Shown here: piece by piece, positions 61,241 through 64,000 of the stretch
Layout of the letters: every line of letters begins with the position of its first letter
How positions within the stretch are numbered: position 1 is the first letter of the stretch
From: Pristiophorus japonicus
Taxonomy: Eukaryota
NCBI RefSeq assembly: GCF_044704955.1
Contig: NC_091984.1
Span: 197,408,001-197,472,000, forward strand
DNA: 64,000 nucleotides
Reading direction: 5' to 3'
Program-made: the position numbers and the translations under genes
The notes under the pieces: generated by a model
The model's database searches: none
Told to the model about the DNA's origin: nothing
What the model saw: the letters and a program-made list of their open reading frames with translations, nothing else

Positions 61241-62128
61241 AATACAACTAAGGGATAAAACATTGTTAACGGCTACTGTGGGACAGCTTACAGAATTAAA
61301 CGGAAACACATCCAATTGATTTGGAGACCTAAAATCATCGGGAACAATATGACCAAACAGCATCCATAACTTGCTCTGAGAAGGCAAAAATAAGTCGCAA
61401 AGGTGGCTGAATCTCAAACATGCAATACAACGACGCTCTGGCTGAATATGGGAGCATCGGTGCCTACTGGTAATCACCTTAACTATATGGGAAACAGTCA
61501 TTTACCAAAGGCACATACACATACAAGTGGGCCACATCAGACATAATGCAGGCCTTTGCTTTCGTTTCTTCTTTTCTTTTGTTCCCATCACAGGCAAACT
61601 GCCGTTTGAGGCTATGCTTAGAATCACCAAGGATATGAATTTACAGATGCTGCAATATAAAGGCTGCAAGGATATAAGCATGTCAAATGTGTGCAGCAAT
61701 ATTTGAAGCCTTTTGTGTGAAGTGAATTTAAGGCAGCTACAGAGCCTATTTGTACTTTAAAAATGAACATTAAGCGCTGTGTATCTGCAACAGACAGTCC
61801 AAGAGAGAGAAGGCTGGAGTTCCGGTTCTGAATTATGGGTTGACATTCGGCAGGATAATCATGTCCGGTGGGTGTAGTTGCCCCACTCCAACCCTTCCCC
61901 AACCCCCCTCCCCCATCATTGTAAGGGTTGTGGGAGCCCATAAATCCTGTATTTCCGGATTTTCATTCTAAAAGTTGGAATCATTTATATTTTGTTAAGC
62001 AACTCTGATTTGTACTCGATTTCCTTCTATCCCCATCACTTTACATAATATATGATTTGCAGATTATTTGTAAATAATCCATGGTGACTTAAAGTATATA
62101 ACCAGGCTGCACCAAGTATCAAAATGTA

Positions 62129-62640
62129 GGGGTCGAAATTCGGTATCTACCTGTTTGGGGGTGATAACCGAGGAAGTCCCGCCCAGGCAGTGAAATTGGC
62201 GGCAATGTCGGGTGCTCCACTTCTTCTCGGGGCGGGACCGGGGCGGTAAGCACTCAGATTTTCCAGCGCTATGCGGCCTCTCTGCGTAGCGCTAGCGCGA
62301 GCACAGGACTCTCCCCTTCCATTAAAGGGGAGGGTACACGCGCACCTCCCCTTTATTTTTCGCCCTCGAGCGGAGTGCGGCCTGGTTCGCGACCTGTGAG
62401 GCTGGAGCTGACATCGCCCACAGCAGCCTCATGCAGCTACCCAAATTCTGCTGCGGGGTGACAATGGGTCGCTGTGCACGGCACTGCCCATTTGCGCCTC
62501 TGCTAAACACCTGCGAAATTTCACGGGAGCCGGGAGCGCCCCGCCCCCACTTTGGGCGAGAAATCGTTTGTCCCCTCCGGGGGCAAATAAATGTTTCATT
62601 TAAAACAAGGGGAATCAAACGCTTTGGGGCCATTTGGCCG
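62129..62640. mobile_element. GC-rich MITE-like element
   Basis: Left end GGGGTCGAAATTCGG. The internal CCCCTTCCATTAAAGGGGAGGG motif resembles 40190-40215. Confidence 0.6.
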
Positions 62641-62836
62641 TACAACAACAACTTGCACTTATATAGCCGCTTTAATGTAGTATAACGTCCCAGGGTGCTT
62701 GACAGATGCGTTATCAGACAAAACTTGGACACCGAGCCATATAAGGAGCTATCAGGACAAAGAGGTAGATTTTAAAGAGCGTCTTAATGGAAAGAGAGGT
62801 GGAGAGGTTTACGGAGGGAATTCCAGAGCTTAGCAC
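62641..62836 (-). mobile_element. L2 3' end fragment
   Basis: (CAA)n tail and KLWNSLRKPLHLS. Confidence 0.8.
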
Positions 62837-62849
62837 CGCATGTAATTAA

Positions 62850-64000
62850 TGACGCTCCAAGAGCAGAATGCCAACGCTCTTCTTGATCTTCCTCACTGCA
62901 ATGCTCCATCTCACGCTCAATAAGCTCCTTGCTGGAGTGGCATAGAACCAATGTGAACCAGTTCACTCTTCGTCGCCTCCAAGCTAGATCCAAAGTCGTC
63001 CCATCCTCTGTCATAGAACTACAGTACATGGACGACGCTTGCGTCTGCGCACACTCAGAGACTGAACTCCAAGCCATCGTCAACACCTTCACCGAGGCGT
63101 ACAATAGGCCTTAAACTAAACATATCCGTAAGACAAAGGTCCTCCATCAACCTGACCCCGCCACAAAGCACTCCCCCTCACCCCCCCACTCCCTCCACCC
63201 CCCCCCCCCCACCCCCCCAGTCATCAAAATCCACGGCGCAGCCTTGGACAACATGGACCATTTTCCATACCTCGCGAGCCTACTATCAGCAAGGGCAGAC
63301 ATTGACGACGAGGTCAACACCGCCTCCAATGCGCCAGCGCAGTCTTCGGTCGCCTGAGGAAGAGAGTGTTTGAAGAACAGGACCTCAAATCTGGCACCAA
63401 GCATGGTCTCCAGGGCTGTAGTGATACCCGTCCTACTGTATGGCTCAGAGACGTGGACTATATAACTCAAAGCACTGGAGAAATACCACCAACGCCGCCA
63501 CTGCAAGATCCTGCAAATCCACTGGGAGGATAGACATATCAAGGTCTGTGTTATCGATCAGGCCAACATCCGCAGCATCGAAGCACCGACCACACTCAAC
63601 CAGCTCTGTTGGGCAGGCCACACCGTCCGCATGCCCGACACAAGACTCCCAAAGCAAGTGCTCTACTTGGAGCTCCTACACAGCAATCGAGCCCCAAGTG
63701 GGCAAAGGAAACGTTTCAAGGACACCCTCAAAGCCTCCTTGATAAAGTGCAACATCCTCACCGGCACCTGCAAATCCCTGAAAAAGATCGCCCAAAGTGG
63801 AGGAAGAGCATCTGGGAGGGCGCTGAGCACCTCGAGTCTCGTTGCTGAGAGCATGCAGAAAGCAAGCGCAGGCAGCAGAAGGAACGTGTGGCTAATCAGA
63901 CTACCCACCCACCCTTTCCTTCAACCACTGTCTGTCCCACCTTTGACAGACATTGTAATTCCAGTATTAGACTGTTCAGTCACCTGAGAACTCACTTTTA
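62850..64000 (+). mobile_element. RTE-clade LINE, degraded RT C-terminal part, running off the right edge
   Basis: ELQYMDDACVCAHSE, LLYGSETWT and RMPDTRLPKQVLY. Homologous to 53515-54150. Confidence 0.93.

Overview
Eukaryotic, repeat-dominated window with no recognisable host protein-coding gene. The repeat complement (CR1/HER1-type LINEs, L2, RTE with (GAT)n tails, Deu-domain SINEs, Penelope-type palindromes) points to a cartilaginous fish such as a shark; this is an inference. Bases 1-~20280 are a GC/CpG-rich ~30-bp satellite (consensus GGGTTCAGTACCGCACCTCTCGGTCAGTGC) with a built-in 6-bp hairpin, variant-repeat patterning and near-exact higher-order duplications with 2193-, 606- and 1858-bp periods. 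All long ORFs there are repeat artefacts. Bases ~20280-64000 are a nested transposon mosaic. The most interesting candidate is a 5'-truncated Tx1-clade retrotransposon (33283-34022, minus strand) inserted into a CR1 LINE with a perfect 15-bp target-site duplication. Its structured, non-poly(A) 3' tail carries two short segments that match the CR1 sequence immediately beside the insertion site, which suggests a retrotransposon that specifically targets another LINE. Also notable: a Gypsy-type LTR element that has gag and protease but no RT/RNaseH/integrase, into which a CR1 fragment inserted in-frame right after the protease; a possible SINE origin for the satellite; several PIF/Harbinger-type MITEs with a candidate decayed transposase; and an ancient RTEX/Proto2-like RT fossil. 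Family names come from motif recognition by eye, not database searches, and many boundaries are approximate.
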